Below, one piece after another: positions 51,422 through 64,000 of a stretch of DNA of 64,000 bases (its first letter is position 1; every line of letters starts with the position of its first letter). The stretch covers positions 124,001-188,000 of the forward strand of contig JBODTK010000143.1 of the NCBI GenBank assembly GCA_050613775.1, written 5' to 3'. The stretch is from Neocallimastix sp. 'constans'. Taxonomy: Eukaryota. The notes beneath the pieces are model-generated. The model saw nothing but the letters and a program-made list of their open reading frames with translations. It had not been told where the DNA came from and ran no database searches. A program made the position numbers and the translations under genes.

Positions 51422-54400
51422 ATGGGTTATACAAAGAATAAAATGGATAATCAAATGAAACCAAAGAGTAGGTTGAGAAGACTAATTAATAGGACTAACA
51501 TCATATATGTACTCTTTCTTTTAGCATTACAGATAATTATTATGACCGTAGTGATTATCATAATGTATTGTTTTAATTTTATTATTATTTTTTATTTTTA
51601 TTTTTATTATATTTATTTGTTACTTTTATTATATATATATATTTTTTTATTATTATATTTATATTATTTTTTATTTTTATTATATTTATTTGTATCTTTT
51701 ATTATTTATATTTTTTATTTTATAGTTTATTTATTAATTAATTATATACCTATATATTAATATGATTAATAAAATAGAAAATTGGGAATTCCTATTAGAT
51801 TTAGACCACAAGTTTACAGAGATCCTAGTCATAGTGGTTCTTATGGTTTAGAATTAGCTAGCGTTCTTAAATTATCATTTTCACTTTTTACTATTTTTAT
51901 AGTAAGTTTATGGTTATTTTGGAAAAAAAGAAATCACCATTTAATTAATTATCGTCCAGTTATGCTTTGTTTAATGACTGGTATTTTTAGTGCTTTTTAC
52001 AATACTCTTTTACCGGTATGAATTTATTTGATCTTTATTTTTTATTTTTTTATTTTTTTAATTTGTATAAATAAGTATATTTTATACAATAAAATTAAAG
52101 AAATATATATATTTTTATATAAAATAAAAGAAAGAAATATATATTTTAATAAAACAAAAAGATATACATATATATATTTTTTTTTAAATATATATATATG
52201 TTTATTATTAATTCATTATTAATTTATTATATTTTGAAAAAATTTTTATATTAATAATTTTTTATCATTTATTTTTATTTGGATAATTATCATTATTTTT
52301 TTTTAAATTCTTTATTTTTATTTTATTATTATTATTATCATTATTTTAATATTTTTATCATTACTATTATTTTATTATTATTATTATTATTTAATGTTTA
52401 CTAATCCTTATAATATTATATATTTTATAATTATTAATATATAAAGATTATTACTTATTTTACCGAAAATAAGGATTCATCTAATCGTAATAGTTACATT
52501 TGTATCATTCCATTAGTATTTACTATTGTTTTTGCACCAACCAGTCTTATGGCCAATTTATCAAGATTTATAAAAATTTATTTATTAAATCGAAGAGATT
52601 TCGTTAGATTAAAGCTGTACAATAAAAATAATAGTAATGCTTTCAATATGAATGAAAGTGAAGGAGGCGAGAGAAGTTTAGAGCCTAATACTTATCTTAA
52701 ACGTTTAAATAAATTAGTCAGTAAACAAATTACTATTGGTGTTTTCCTTGTACCTTACATATTTTTGATTCTTTTAGGTGGAACCATTATTGCATTTGAA
52801 TTTTATAAAGAAAAGGATTGCTCTAAGACATCTAATCAAGGCTCAGAATGTGGAGTTTGTAATCAGGGAATTATACTTTATTCTCCTATTATGCTCTTGA
52901 TTGCGGCTGTTTCTTTTATTATCCCTTATATGTTTATTGATCTTTACAGTACCGTGAACATTATTAGTAAGTTAGATATTGTAGTAAACTTTATTGGTAT
53001 CTTCCTTGGTAGTATCTTATTCGTCTCTTCATTATTCGTTATTCTCGATAAGGATAAACTTAAAAGTCAAGACTATAAAGCCTCTGAAAAAGGTGAAGTC
53101 GTCAAATATTATTTATTTAGTCAATTTAGAAATAATTCCTTATTCTTTCTCATTCCAAGTTTTGTCGCCTTCTTTTGGGCCATTATTGTCCCGTTGATTG
53201 AGGTGTACGTTTCTGACTTTAAATTGAAAAATAAAAAGTTACTTGGTAAAAAGGAGTTTACTCGACTTTTAGTTAGTAGTCGTTACATTGATTCCTTGAA
53301 ATCTATTGCGGTAAAATCGTATTGTGTGGAATTGGTTATTTTTTGGGAATCTCATATGAAATTAATGAAACGTATCTATGATGAAGTCATTAAAGATCAA
53401 ATGGAAGATGGTAAAATTATTGGAGAGGAGGGGCAATTTCCTTTTAATAAAGATCAAAAGTCTATTTCAAGAGAAAGTACTACTCTTTCAAATTATTCCT
53501 ATCCAAATAATTCCATTGCTAATCGCAATGCTAATTCCAATTATAATCCCAATCTCAGTTCCAATTCCAAAACCAATTCCAATACTAATTTCAATTTCAA
53601 TTCAAATTCTAATTTCAGCTATGATTCTAATTCTAGTCTCAATTCCAGCCTACAACCCAACTATGATTTATTATTGGGTTTAAATAAAAATATATTTGGT
53701 AGTGATAATGATCGAATCATTTATACTGGTTGTTACTCTAATTCAGGAATTAATCCTAATCTTATTAATTATGTTATCCGGGAAAATGAGGAAAAAGAAA
53801 AAGAAAAAGATATCTATTCCTCTAGTCCTATGGGTAATACTACATTGGTAAATAATAGAAATAGAGGCTTCAGCTTAGATGATGTTCACCAACCTACTCG
53901 TAGTAATAGTAATAGTAACAGTAATATTCAAATAAATATGAATAATATGAATTATGGTAAAGGAGGAAGTTATGGTAAAGGTAATTATGGTAGTAATGGT
54001 GGTATGGGAAATGATAATAGTACCACCTCTCATAGTTCTTACAGTTCTCAAAATCAAATGTACTCTAATAATGATAAAGCTGGTCTTCTTTATCGTTCAG
54101 ATTCTAACGTTTCTTACGGTCAAAATTCTACTTCTTCTACTCTAGGAGGAGGAAATAGGTATAATAGCAGTGTGAATAATAGTATGAGTATGAGTTATAA
54201 TTCATTCAGTAAGAATAGTAATAAGCGGAAGGCGAATTCAAATTTCAATAGTAATACTGAAATTTTTTATGAAATCTTTAATGTTAATCCTTATCATGTT
54301 GTGTTACCGCCAAAATATTGGAGTGGCTATAATCAATTATATCATGCTTTTATCTCGGAAAAAAGTTTAGCCACGGTAAATATCAATGATAGTACGGCCA

Positions 54401-54516
54401 ATAAATTAAATAGAGGAATAAAAATTAGAAATTACACCATTGATATGTTCTTCCCTGCCATTGCTGAAACAGTTGATTTAATCTATCAAAATTTGTACCC
54501 AAAACTTGTTAAATAA
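51422..54516 (+). CDS. Multi-pass (7TM-like) membrane protein with a C-terminal split RGS domain; exons 51422-51564, 51778-52015, 52447-54516 (816 aa)
   Basis: Two GT-AG introns join three ORF pieces in frame, giving about eight hydrophobic segments. The RGS N-half (FTRLL...SLKSIAVKSYCVELVIFWE) and C-half (LYHAFISEKSLATVNINDS...MFFPAIAETVDLIYQNLYPKL) are separated by an Asn/Ser-rich insert. Confidence 0.8.
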
Positions 54517-54996
54517 AAAAAAATGAAAAAGTTAAAAGAGAGAGAGAGGAAGAGGAAGAAAAAAAAAAAAAAAAAAAAAAAAAGAGATATAATATAAATA
54601 AATTGAGAGAAAAAAAAAAGTGAATTTTAATAGTAAAAATAGTAAATAAATAAACAAAACAACCTTAATTCTTACTCTATAAAACATAAAAAAATAAAAA
54701 AAAAAAAATAAAAGATCTTTTTAAAACTAAAAACTAATATTAAAAAATTAAAACTATAAAACCAAATTAAAAAAAAAAAAAAGAAAAAGAAAAAGAAAAA
54801 GAGAATAGAGAATAGAAAATAGAAAATAAATAAACAAATTGAATAATTGCTAAATAATAATCAATTTAATTTTTATTATTATTTTTTATTATCGTTATTA
54901 TTTTTTTTTTTTTTTAATTTTATTTTTAGTTTTATTTTTATTGTTTATTTTTTATCTTTTATTTATTTAATAAAAAATTAATAAATGTATTTAAAG

Positions 54997-55033
<37 letters not shown>

Positions 55034-55379
55034 AACAATAAAAATAAAAAAAATAATAAATAATAAATAATAATTAAAAATAAAAATAATAAAATAAAAA
55101 ATAATAATAATAATAAAAAAAAATATATATATTAAATAGATTAAATAAATAAAATAAAAAAATACAATATAAAGATAAAAAAGGAAAAAAAAAGGAATGG
55201 AAAATTATATTATTATATTAAAAGTTTTATAATAAAAAAAAATGTAAAAAAATATAATATAATATCTATTTATATATATATGATGTATTGCAAAAGAGAA
55301 ATAATAATAATAAAAAAAAAATAGATAAAAGATAATTTAGGATATATATATATTTATATATATATATATATTTTTTTTT

Positions 55380-56094
55380 TAAATGAAATTTATTTTTTGT
55401 CAAAAAAAAAGTTTATTCCTTGTCTATATAAGTGAACAACTCCTAAAATATTCACAGGGGTCTACTATTCCGTATATTGTGGGGCTTACGGAATATCCTG
55501 TTAATACAATACCAATCATCAGTAGCTCTCTTGAGTTACTTTTTGAGAGGTTTAGCAAAAGCACTTTCATTTCCAAGAGTGCCGATATGGTAAAGGAATA
55601 GTGCAGTTAGAAGTCCTGTTAATTCTTATCAATACACATTAACTAACAGCACAGTTCCGAACACAGAACCTATAGTCCTATAGTAAGTAATTCAACTTTT
55701 GATGATCTTTCTTGTGGTTTAGGGGAGAGTTTAGTGGATACACACTATCTATTTTAAAGATGTTACTTTTTTGTTTTATTATTTGAGATTTAACTGGTGA
55801 TCATGTTACTACTCGTAGCATACATCACACTGAATTTTTTTTTTTTTTAACTCTTGAACTTATTTTTATTTTAATTTATTCATTAATGCTATTTTAAATA
55901 ATTGTAATAAACATGATAAATATAAAAAAAAAAAAAATGATGTTATTAGTATTGGTAATAGAAAAAAAAAAAAAAATGTTATGGCGGTCCTTTTTTTTTT
56001 TTTTTTTTTTCTGCTGATGATGACATTGTTCTTATAGAGCCTCTTGTGAGAGAGAGAGATAGAGAAAAAAAATGAAGACTCTACTTTTCTTCAT

Positions 56095-56125
<31 letters not shown>

Positions 56126-56230
56126 CTGGTTTGTGAAGAAACCAACAATCTCTTATGTACATTTTACTTAGGTATCCCCCCTTCAGTAATGATTTTTTCC
56201 CTTGAGTCTATTATCGACTTATATGAATAC
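55380..56230 (+). mobile_element. Small LINE remnants (3' tail ~55440-55700; RT fragment ~56010-56230)
   Basis: ADDDIVLI and YLGIP.SNDFSLESII are RT-like words. VGLTEYPVNTIPIISSS...KSADMV resembles the tail of the LINE at 21250-22560. Confidence 0.5.
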
Positions 56231-56424
56231 TAAAGTTAGAAAATCCTTATTTTTTTTTTTTTTTTATCCAATAATAAAATTCAATTAAAATTTAAAAAAG
56301 GATCTATTTATTCAATCATATCATATATTATTATTTTAAAAAAACATTATAATTTTCTCCTACTTTTAAGGTTCTAACAAACAAACAAATAAACAAAAAT
56401 AAAAAAGAAAAAAAAAATTCTTAA

Positions 56425-57260
56425 GAATGTACAATCCTTTAATCGATACTGCATTGTTGTATATTCTTATGAATCAAATATAACAGAACTATGTAATTAT
56501 GAATTAAATTGAAAAAGAATTAATGTAAAAGAATTATTTACCTTTGATAATATTACAGATTATATTTATAATTATAGACATATATATCAATAAAACGAAT
56601 CTCAAATTAAAAATAAAAGTGAGGTATTAGAAATTGAAGATGAATATAGTTTGGGAAAGAGTTTTATCTGTAAAAATGTTATTTGTACAAAAATAGATTG
56701 TAAATATATGAAATTGTTTGTTAAAATTCCAGATAAAAGTAAAAATATAAAAAGATATATTACTGAATCTTACAATTATGATAGAATAAAATCTAAAATC
56801 AGATAAAATTCCTAATTATACGAGTGATTATGTTTATAGATATACAAAAGAAGAAGAAGAGAATAAAAAATTTGACACTTGAAGATATTATGCTATTATT
56901 TCTTTTATATGTACTTCTGTTTCACAATGTTTGATTAATAAATACATTGATGGCTATTACATGATTACATATTTTAATAGAGAAAATCCAACTGAATTCT
57001 GTGTTTACATTTATAGCCATTCAATTTTTGGTAGTCATTCATACATACATTATGATAAACTAGTAGGGTAATATATGTAAAACTAATAAAGGAATGGGCA
57101 TCAGTAAAATGTTTAAGAAATGATTATTGTGATGCTCCACCTGATAGACCTTCAGACAGTGATGGGGTTTATGATATAGAGTTGAATTTTTTGTTTATTT
57201 TTGTACCTTGTACTCATATTTTTATATAATATATATATATATTTACTTTAGATGTACTAT
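56425..57260 (+). pseudogene. Disrupted Cys-rich, probably membrane-anchored protein gene of unknown family
   Basis: Coding-like fragments with stops and frameshifts: ELCNYELN, VICTKIDC, ICTSVSQCLINKYIDGY, NRENPTEFCVYIY and KCLRNDYCDAPPDRPSDSDG, followed by a hydrophobic stretch. Confidence 0.5.
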
Positions 57261-57870
57261 TACCCCAATAAAGGAAAATAAAAGTAACAATAAAATAAAA
57301 TAAAAATTATATTGTAACTTTAAAAATAAAAAAAAGGGAAAATGTTAATTATTTATGCAAGAAATTTGACCATTCTACTAAGGAGATATACAATAAATTT
57401 AAAAAATTACAAATGCTCAAGAAAAATTTAAAGTATAATCCAAAATAGTATAAAGGGACTTAAGAAAACTGAAAACGAAGAATTCCAATTAAACGACAAA
57501 AAACTCAATAGAAGAAAATGATAATAATTTCAACAATAATTATTCAGAATTACAATCCTAGGAACTATAATTCCAATAGCTTTTTTTTCCTTAGGTTGTA
57601 CTATTAATATATGAATGGCTGTTTCAAGACCCTTAAATTTTAAAATTTAATTTCCCCTTACATCATAATCTATATTTTAGATTCAGGTTCCTTTCTACCC
57701 TTTTTTTTTAAACTTTCCAAAATCTTCTCATGAATGACTAATCCTGTCATGAAAATATATTAACTCCCCTATGGAAAGATCGTCACATCAAACACTCAAT
57801 TGCACTTTTATCGGATACCTGAATAATAATATAAATTATGTTTGATAAAGTTTTCTATATCCAACAAAAT

Positions 57871-57935
<65 letters not shown>

Positions 57936-58199
57936 GAAAAAAAAAAAAAAAAAAAAAAAACATGTCTGTAATTTAACTCATTAAAGAATACAGCAAAATT
58001 ATTTTTTTCAGCCACAAAAATGAAATGGTCGTATCAATTTTTCAACCAACACAACAACAAAAAAATTATCAATCAACCTCAAACCAAACAAAAAAAAACA
58101 TTTTTCAATATTTTGAATTTCTAACACATCCCTTCAATTTAACAAAAGGAAAGGAAAATAGAAAAAAAATTATACCCCTCAAAATCAAAAAAAATTAAA

Positions 58200-59520
58200 A
58201 GAAAAATAAAATATTAAGGATATAGGTGAAGTTGATTTCAATATCGGTATAAAATTTGACAAAAAAAAAAAAAAAAAAAAGGGTATGATAATGCTAGAAT
58301 ATGTGAAATAAATATAAAATATATATCAAATGTATTGAAATATACTGTAATATAAATAATGTATAAGCCACAATGTATTAATATAAAAGCATGTAAATTT
58401 ATTAATTCTGAATTTATGCAACTCTTTATATCATAAAATATATTAATAAAGTTGACATAATTATAAAACCCAAATTATTGACTCTCAACAGATGAAGACT
58501 ACATCCTTTTTTTTTTTTTTAAAAAAACCAAAATTCAAAAAAATTTAAAACTTTTTATTTTAGAATATATTTTTATTCATAGTACAATTTTTTCTTATTA
58601 GTAAATGGAGACAATTATATCAAGTCTTATTTTATGTATTAAATATATAAAACTAATTGTTAATCATTCATCTAATCTGTATCCGAAAAAAGTTACATGT
58701 AAGAACTACTTAAGAGATACAATTTTAACAAAAATGTGTACCTGTGTAAAATACGAAACCAGTAGAAAGTTATGAATCAATGAATAAGCATTTGCAAAGA
58801 AAAACGGTTTACAAGAAGCGTCATTGGAGATCACCTCTATCTTGCAGTTTGTATATGAGACCAGAAATAATGTTCTCTGTATCTAACCAGTTAAAATAGC
58901 AATCCAACATTAGAAAGACTAGTTTAATGTAAAAAAAAAAAAATTTTTTAATATATCTCAAATGGCTTTCAGAAATATGGAATAAAACTCATGAAAGAAA
59001 GACTTTAAGGACTTTAAAAGTTTTCATTAACGTTGATGACTCTGGCGATAAATGAATTCGAAAGTCGATTTCAGGTTTATATTATTTTTTTTTATAGTAG
59101 CAATTATTGCAAACTTTAAAGGTTTATATCATAGTAATCATGATAATAGGTAATTCACCAACCTTGCTGATTCTCGAAATTCCAACAAGTTGTGGCAACT
59201 TCCACTGCATAAACTAAGGGCTTTTGCATCAGCGACGGTACAAAGCATTAGTCTCTGCTAGATGAACATTCTTAATGAATTAAATATCAATGTGGATCGT
59301 TTAACAATCCAGGAGGATAACAAGGCGGCAATATACAATTTGTCAGAATCAATCCATTAATGGGAAATCAAAAAAAAAAAAAACATATCGATATAAAGTC
59401 TCACAATATGATAAAACCTAGTTAATAAAAACATAATAAAATTAAAATATATATAGTCAGAAAACCATATTATTTTACCAAGTAAGTTATTAAATAATGA
59501 GATTATCAATTTTTTTTTTT
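58200..59520 (+). mobile_element. Ty1/copia RT-RNase H remnant
   Basis: Reads IKDIGEVDFNIGIKF, SVIGDHLYLAVC..RPEIMFSVS, GDK.IRKSISG, GNSPT, QVVATSTA, IQEDNKAAIYN and KHIDIKSH. Confidence 0.8.
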
Positions 59521-59558
59521 TTTTTAGACCAATAAATAAACTTTTTTTAATAATATTC

Positions 59559-59592
<34 letters not shown>

Positions 59593-60264
59593 ATGAAAAT
59601 AACTATGATTGATAAATATAGAAATTTTATTTTAAAGGAATTTTTAGAATAAGAAAGGAAAGAGCTAATTAAGATATATCTAATTTGATAATAAATCATT
59701 ATTATAAGAAGTAAGATTTGAGAGGGACTATCAAATAACAATAATTAATATAAATAATCGTATTCGACCAATAAAATCTATTCATATTTACTTTGAGTTA
59801 AATTAGGTGAAATTCAAAAATCTTTATATTATTAATAAAACATAAAAATGTATGATATAAAAATATTGTCATAACACAATTATTATTTTTGTGTTTTAGG
59901 GTTTATTATTCATTTATTTGTTTATTTTAATAAATTTATTAATATTTTCTATTTTTAAAGGTAAATAAATGATATATAATAGTATTATAATACTTTTTTA
60001 ATTTAAATACCTTTTTTTTTTTTTTTTTTAAGAATAATTTATATTCTTTTTTTTTTGTTTTTTTTGTTTTTGTTTTAAGAATAATTTATATTTTTTTTTA
60101 TTTGTCTTTCATTATAATGTATATTGCTTTTTTTTTTTTTTTTTAATGTAAATTTATACATTAAAACTTTTGATAATTTAATTATATTTTTTATATTAAA
60201 AAAATATTAAATTTATTAATTATTATATTAATGTTAAAAAAATTTTTTTTTTATATACTGAATA

Positions 60265-60339
<75 letters not shown>

Positions 60340-60552
60340 GAATTTAATTGTATTTATTTTATTTTATTTTATTTTAGTTTTTAATATTTTTTAATTTTTC
60401 AAATTTTTAATTTATATCGAATAATTTTTTTTTATCATGGTATTATTTATTAAGACATTGCCTAAAATTTTTTTTTTCTTTAATAAGTATAGTGTGTTAT
60501 AGAATATAATCATATAATTTTTTTTAAAAAAATAATATATATATTTATTTAT

Positions 60553-63057
60553 TTACACTATACCACACCAATCATTATTTTCAACACCCCAATAGCCATT
60601 AGAATCAACATAGCTAATTACTGTATAATTTTGACAACATGGAAAACCTAATGATTCAGACCAGCATTTCTCATGTTTTGGAATCATAAAACAGTAATCT
60701 CCATTTTCTATACCCCAATTACCATCTTTATCAGTGGCTTCGACTTTTTCTGTCTTATAACAGCATGGATAGTCTAATTTTTTATAATAACATTTTTTGT
60801 TACATTCCTTCATTATTATCTTCTTCTTGTTAGAGATCTTCTTCTTTATAGCAGAAGGTATTTTATAATATTTATTTTCATTGATGTAACCTTTCTTAAA
60901 GTAGTTATAGAATTTTTGACATTTACTAGATTCAACAAATTCACATTTTTCTTTCTTTTCATCGTCATTCATTTTAACAATAGAAGGGACAAAGCATTCA
61001 CTGTAGCTGTTAATATCGTTCATAAATAATTTATTATTTATTAGATTAACATAATCAAGATACTTTTCACGATCAAAATCGTCGATGAATCCAAAAGATT
61101 TATACTTTTTAGCAACCGTACATACAGATTGATTAGAATAATGAAGTTTGTAGAATGCTTCACATTTATCCGAGGTATAAACCTTATATTTTTCATATAA
61201 TTCTTTTTGGTTCATATCATCGCTGATATCAATGATACATTCTTCATATTCCTTCAGTTCTTCTTTACATTCATTAATTGATTTTTCTATTGTAGTACAG
61301 TAGCCAAATTCACTTTGACAACCATTTTCTATGAGACAAGCATTCCATGGATTGTTTTGGAAGGAAATACATTCTCCGTCCTTAGAGCAACACCCGTTAG
61401 AGCAGGATTTATCTTTACCACATTCTATATTTTTATTATCTGGTGAATAGATACTTTTTTTACCGTTATTTATGAAACGATTTGGAGTATCAGCAGATCC
61501 CATATACTCTAAATTGGTAATAGCCCCCTTAATAGACATATTAATTAAGGTCTCTCTCATTTTTTCATTATCATACTCTATCTCTGAATTTTCTGACATA
61601 ATTAAAGCGGCAACACCAGCTACTAAAGGAGTAGAGCAAGAGGTACCTCTAGAAGAAGAATTTGCTGTGGTAGATCCACCCTCTAATTTAGCAGAGGTGA
61701 CAAAACCAGGAGCAAAAACATCGACACAATCACCATAATTTGAGAAAAAGGATTTCATGTAGCCATGATTGTAAGTATCAGTATCTGTTGCCCCTACGGT
61801 GATAGCCTTACGATAGCCTGTGTAAGTGTAAAATGTTTTTTCGCCTTTCTTCGCACAACAATTGATATCTTCATTTGAGGCACAAACAATAACAATGATG
61901 CCATTCTCAATCAATTGACTGAGAATATCATCTATGGATTTTACATATTCATTCCAGGCCAAGGACATACTAACAACAGTTTTATGTGGTTTTCCATGAT
62001 CTAAAACATATCTTAAGGCTCGTACATTTCCAATGTTTGTACTATCATAAGACAACATATGAATATTAGCTTTTTTAGCAACGCCATAAATAGCTCCTCC
62101 AGCTACAGATGAGGCCATAATACCGTGTCCTGGATAATTATTCTTCTTATAACTACATGACTTTTTTTCTTCTCCTGATAACTCATCAATACCTTTTTCT
62201 CTACAAATGGCATCACAACTTATGGTTCGATTGTAAGGGGTTCCCTCATACGTATCAAAATCTTCATGATCAACCATTAAACCAACATCAATAATGAAAA
62301 TATCAATACCTTTTCCTGCACTACTTGGATAATAATATGCATTATCAAAAGTACTATTTTTATAATAGTATGGGGATTGAGATATCGAAGATAAATGATT
62401 AGGAGAAAATTTAACCTTTTGAACATTGACATCTGACCATCCCGTTTCTTTTTTAATAGCCTCAACATTATAATATTCAGAATTTTTTTTCTTATCGGTA
62501 CTCATTTCTACACTTTCATCGGTTTGAAAGTCATCATTAATTTCCAAGGCCTTACTTTTTTCACAGTATAATACATTATCCATATTACAAACAATTTTTG
62601 AAGTTTCTTCAGAAAGATAAGCACTAATACTGTAATAATTTAAAATAGGAGCAACATGGTTTACCAATTCTGATTCGAAAGGAATATATTCTAAAGTTGA
62701 ATTATCTGCATTACTTAAGGAACGTTTATGTAAACTTTTATTAGCAAATAAAAATTTTTTTCTTTGATTATTACGTTTTTCTAAAGGAAGAGAATCCAGT
62801 TCCTCTAATTTACTATCTAATTCCCCATTTTCCAAAATATAAGAATCTCTTTTTTCTTCAATGACATTGTAAATATCATTCATTCTTTCATTAACTAATT
62901 TATCAATTTTATTTTGAACTCTTTGACTTTCATCATCATAATTTTTATCTGTTTTTTTTCTTAAAATTGCAATCAAATAATAAGAATTTTCAGAATGAAC
63001 CAAAGCAAAGAAGTTTAATGAAAAAAGAATTGCCAAAAATAAAAAACAATTATTCAT
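60553..63057 (-). CDS. Secreted subtilisin-like serine protease (S8) with prodomain, CBM18/hevein-like module, Cys-rich helical region and two fungal dockerins
   Basis: Intronless 834-aa ORF with a signal peptide. Triad motifs are GKGIDIFIIDVG (Asp), GHGIMASSVAGG (His) and GTSCSTPLVAG (Ser), with the oxyanion Asn in CASNE. CGKDKSCSNGCCSKDGEC...CQSEFGYC is chitin-binding-like. Two C-terminal WG(I/V)EN dockerins follow. Confidence 0.93.
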   Translation of the reverse strand: MNNCFLFLAILFSLNFFALVHSENSYYLIAILRKKTDKNYDDESQRVQNKIDKLVNERMNDIYNVIEEKRDSYILENGELDSKLEELDSLPLEKRNNQRKKFLFANKSLHKRSLSNADNSTLEYIPFESELVNHVAPILNYYSISAYLSEETSKIVCNMDNVLYCEKSKALEINDDFQTDESVEMSTDKKKNSEYYNVEAIKKETGWSDVNVQKVKFSPNHLSSISQSPYYYKNSTFDNAYYYPSSAGKGIDIFIIDVGLMVDHEDFDTYEGTPYNRTISCDAICREKGIDELSGEEKKSCSYKKNNYPGHGIMASSVAGGAIYGVAKKANIHMLSYDSTNIGNVRALRYVLDHGKPHKTVVSMSLAWNEYVKSIDDILSQLIENGIIVIVCASNEDINCCAKKGEKTFYTYTGYRKAITVGATDTDTYNHGYMKSFFSNYGDCVDVFAPGFVTSAKLEGGSTTANSSSRGTSCSTPLVAGVAALIMSENSEIEYDNEKMRETLINMSIKGAITNLEYMGSADTPNRFINNGKKSIYSPDNKNIECGKDKSCSNGCCSKDGECISFQNNPWNACLIENGCQSEFGYCTTIEKSINECKEELKEYEECIIDISDDMNQKELYEKYKVYTSDKCEAFYKLHYSNQSVCTVAKKYKSFGFIDDFDREKYLDYVNLINNKLFMNDINSYSECFVPSIVKMNDDEKKEKCEFVESSKCQKFYNYFKKGYINENKYYKIPSAIKKKISNKKKIIMKECNKKCYYKKLDYPCCYKTEKVEATDKDGNWGIENGDYCFMIPKHEKCWSESLGFPCCQNYTVISYVDSNGYWGVENNDWCGIV

Positions 63058-63664
63058 TTTTATAATATATTTTATATTAAATTATTAAAATAATCCTTTA
63101 TTATTATTATTATTATTTAATTATTTAATTAATAATAATATCTAATTATTAATATTATTTTATTATTTATTAATTTTTTACTTTTTTTTTTTTATTTTTA
63201 TTAATTACTTCCTTTTACTTTTATTTTTATTTATTTATTTCTTTTTATTTTTTATTTTTTTTTTGCAAGGAAAAAAAAAAAAAAAAGAAAAGTTTATATT
63301 TATATTATGTAAATAAAAAAAAAAAATTTTTTTTTTTTTTAATAAATCTAAAACAAAGGAATATGAAATAATTAATTTATAAAAAAAAAAATAAAAATAA
63401 AATAAAATTAAATATTAAAATAATATTAAAAATATTAAAAATATAAAAAAAAATATTAAATAAAATTAATTTTATTAAAAAAAAATAAAAAAAAAAAATA
63501 AAAAAATAATAAAAACAAAAAAAAAACAAAAAAACAAAAAAACAATAAAGTTAGAAATTATTTTGTAAATCCATAAATCTTAAAAATTAATTTTTATTAC
63601 ACAGAAAAAAAAAATTTTTTTTTCATGAATAATTATTATTACGTTACACCAAAAGTTATATATA

Positions 63665-63872
63665 ATATAAATATAAATGGAATATACGTGAAATATAAGT
63701 GGAATATATATAAAATATAAATGGTATATAAGTGGAGTATAAGTGGAATTTAAATAGTATATATGGATTATATATATAAATATAAATGGAATATAAAAGG
63801 AGTATATGAATTATATAAATATAGATGAATGGAATATATGGATGGAAAATGTACTATATATGTGGAATATAT
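63665..63872. repeat. Degenerate short tandem repeat (ATATAA(A/G)TGGA(A/G)T-like)
   Basis: About ten irregular copies of a TAAATGGAATAT / TAAGTGGAATAT word. Confidence 0.6.
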
Positions 63873-64000
63873 ACAAACTCTAAAAATATTGATTATAAAC
63901 AGATCAAATATTGGTATAAATACAAATATTCAAACTTTAATTAATATAAAATAGTTTTTATTATTCAAACATAAATTAATGTAATAAATCAAATTTAAAT

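Noticed and set aside
52994..54145. Small ORFs inside the RGS gene (also 61472-61738 and 62277-62468 inside the subtilase)
   Set aside because: Off-frame shadows of longer, motif-supported genes.

Overview
Extremely AT-rich eukaryotic DNA, almost certainly from an anaerobic gut fungus (Neocallimastigomycota). The basis is the fungal non-catalytic dockerin (CBM10-like) modules, GT-AG introns, long homopolymers and microsatellites. Five host genes are supported: (1) an intronless secreted enzyme with a CBM-like N-domain, a GH124-like lysozyme-fold catalytic domain and two dockerins (16566-18104, -); (2) a three-exon Gcs1/ArfGAP1 (23654-25590, -); (3) a rhomboid-family protein that appears to lack the catalytic dyad (28828-29811, -); (4) a three-exon multi-TM receptor-like protein with a split C-terminal RGS domain (51422-54516, +); (5) an intronless secreted S8 subtilase with a CBM18-like module and two dockerins (60553-63057, -). 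The rest is a transposon graveyard of LINE, Ty1/copia, Ty3/gypsy and Mutator (MULE) relics plus compound satellites. Three observations stand out. A single stop-free dockerin module sits antisense inside a dead LINE, bounded by CTTT on both sides (1904-2056). A three-level nest (LINE < MULE < MULE) has an inner element at 10378-15479 with ~50-bp TIRs, a perfect 9-bp TSD and a transposase broken by one stop. The GH124-type cellulosomal enzyme looks bacterial in origin. All family assignments come from motif recognition by eye; no searches were run.
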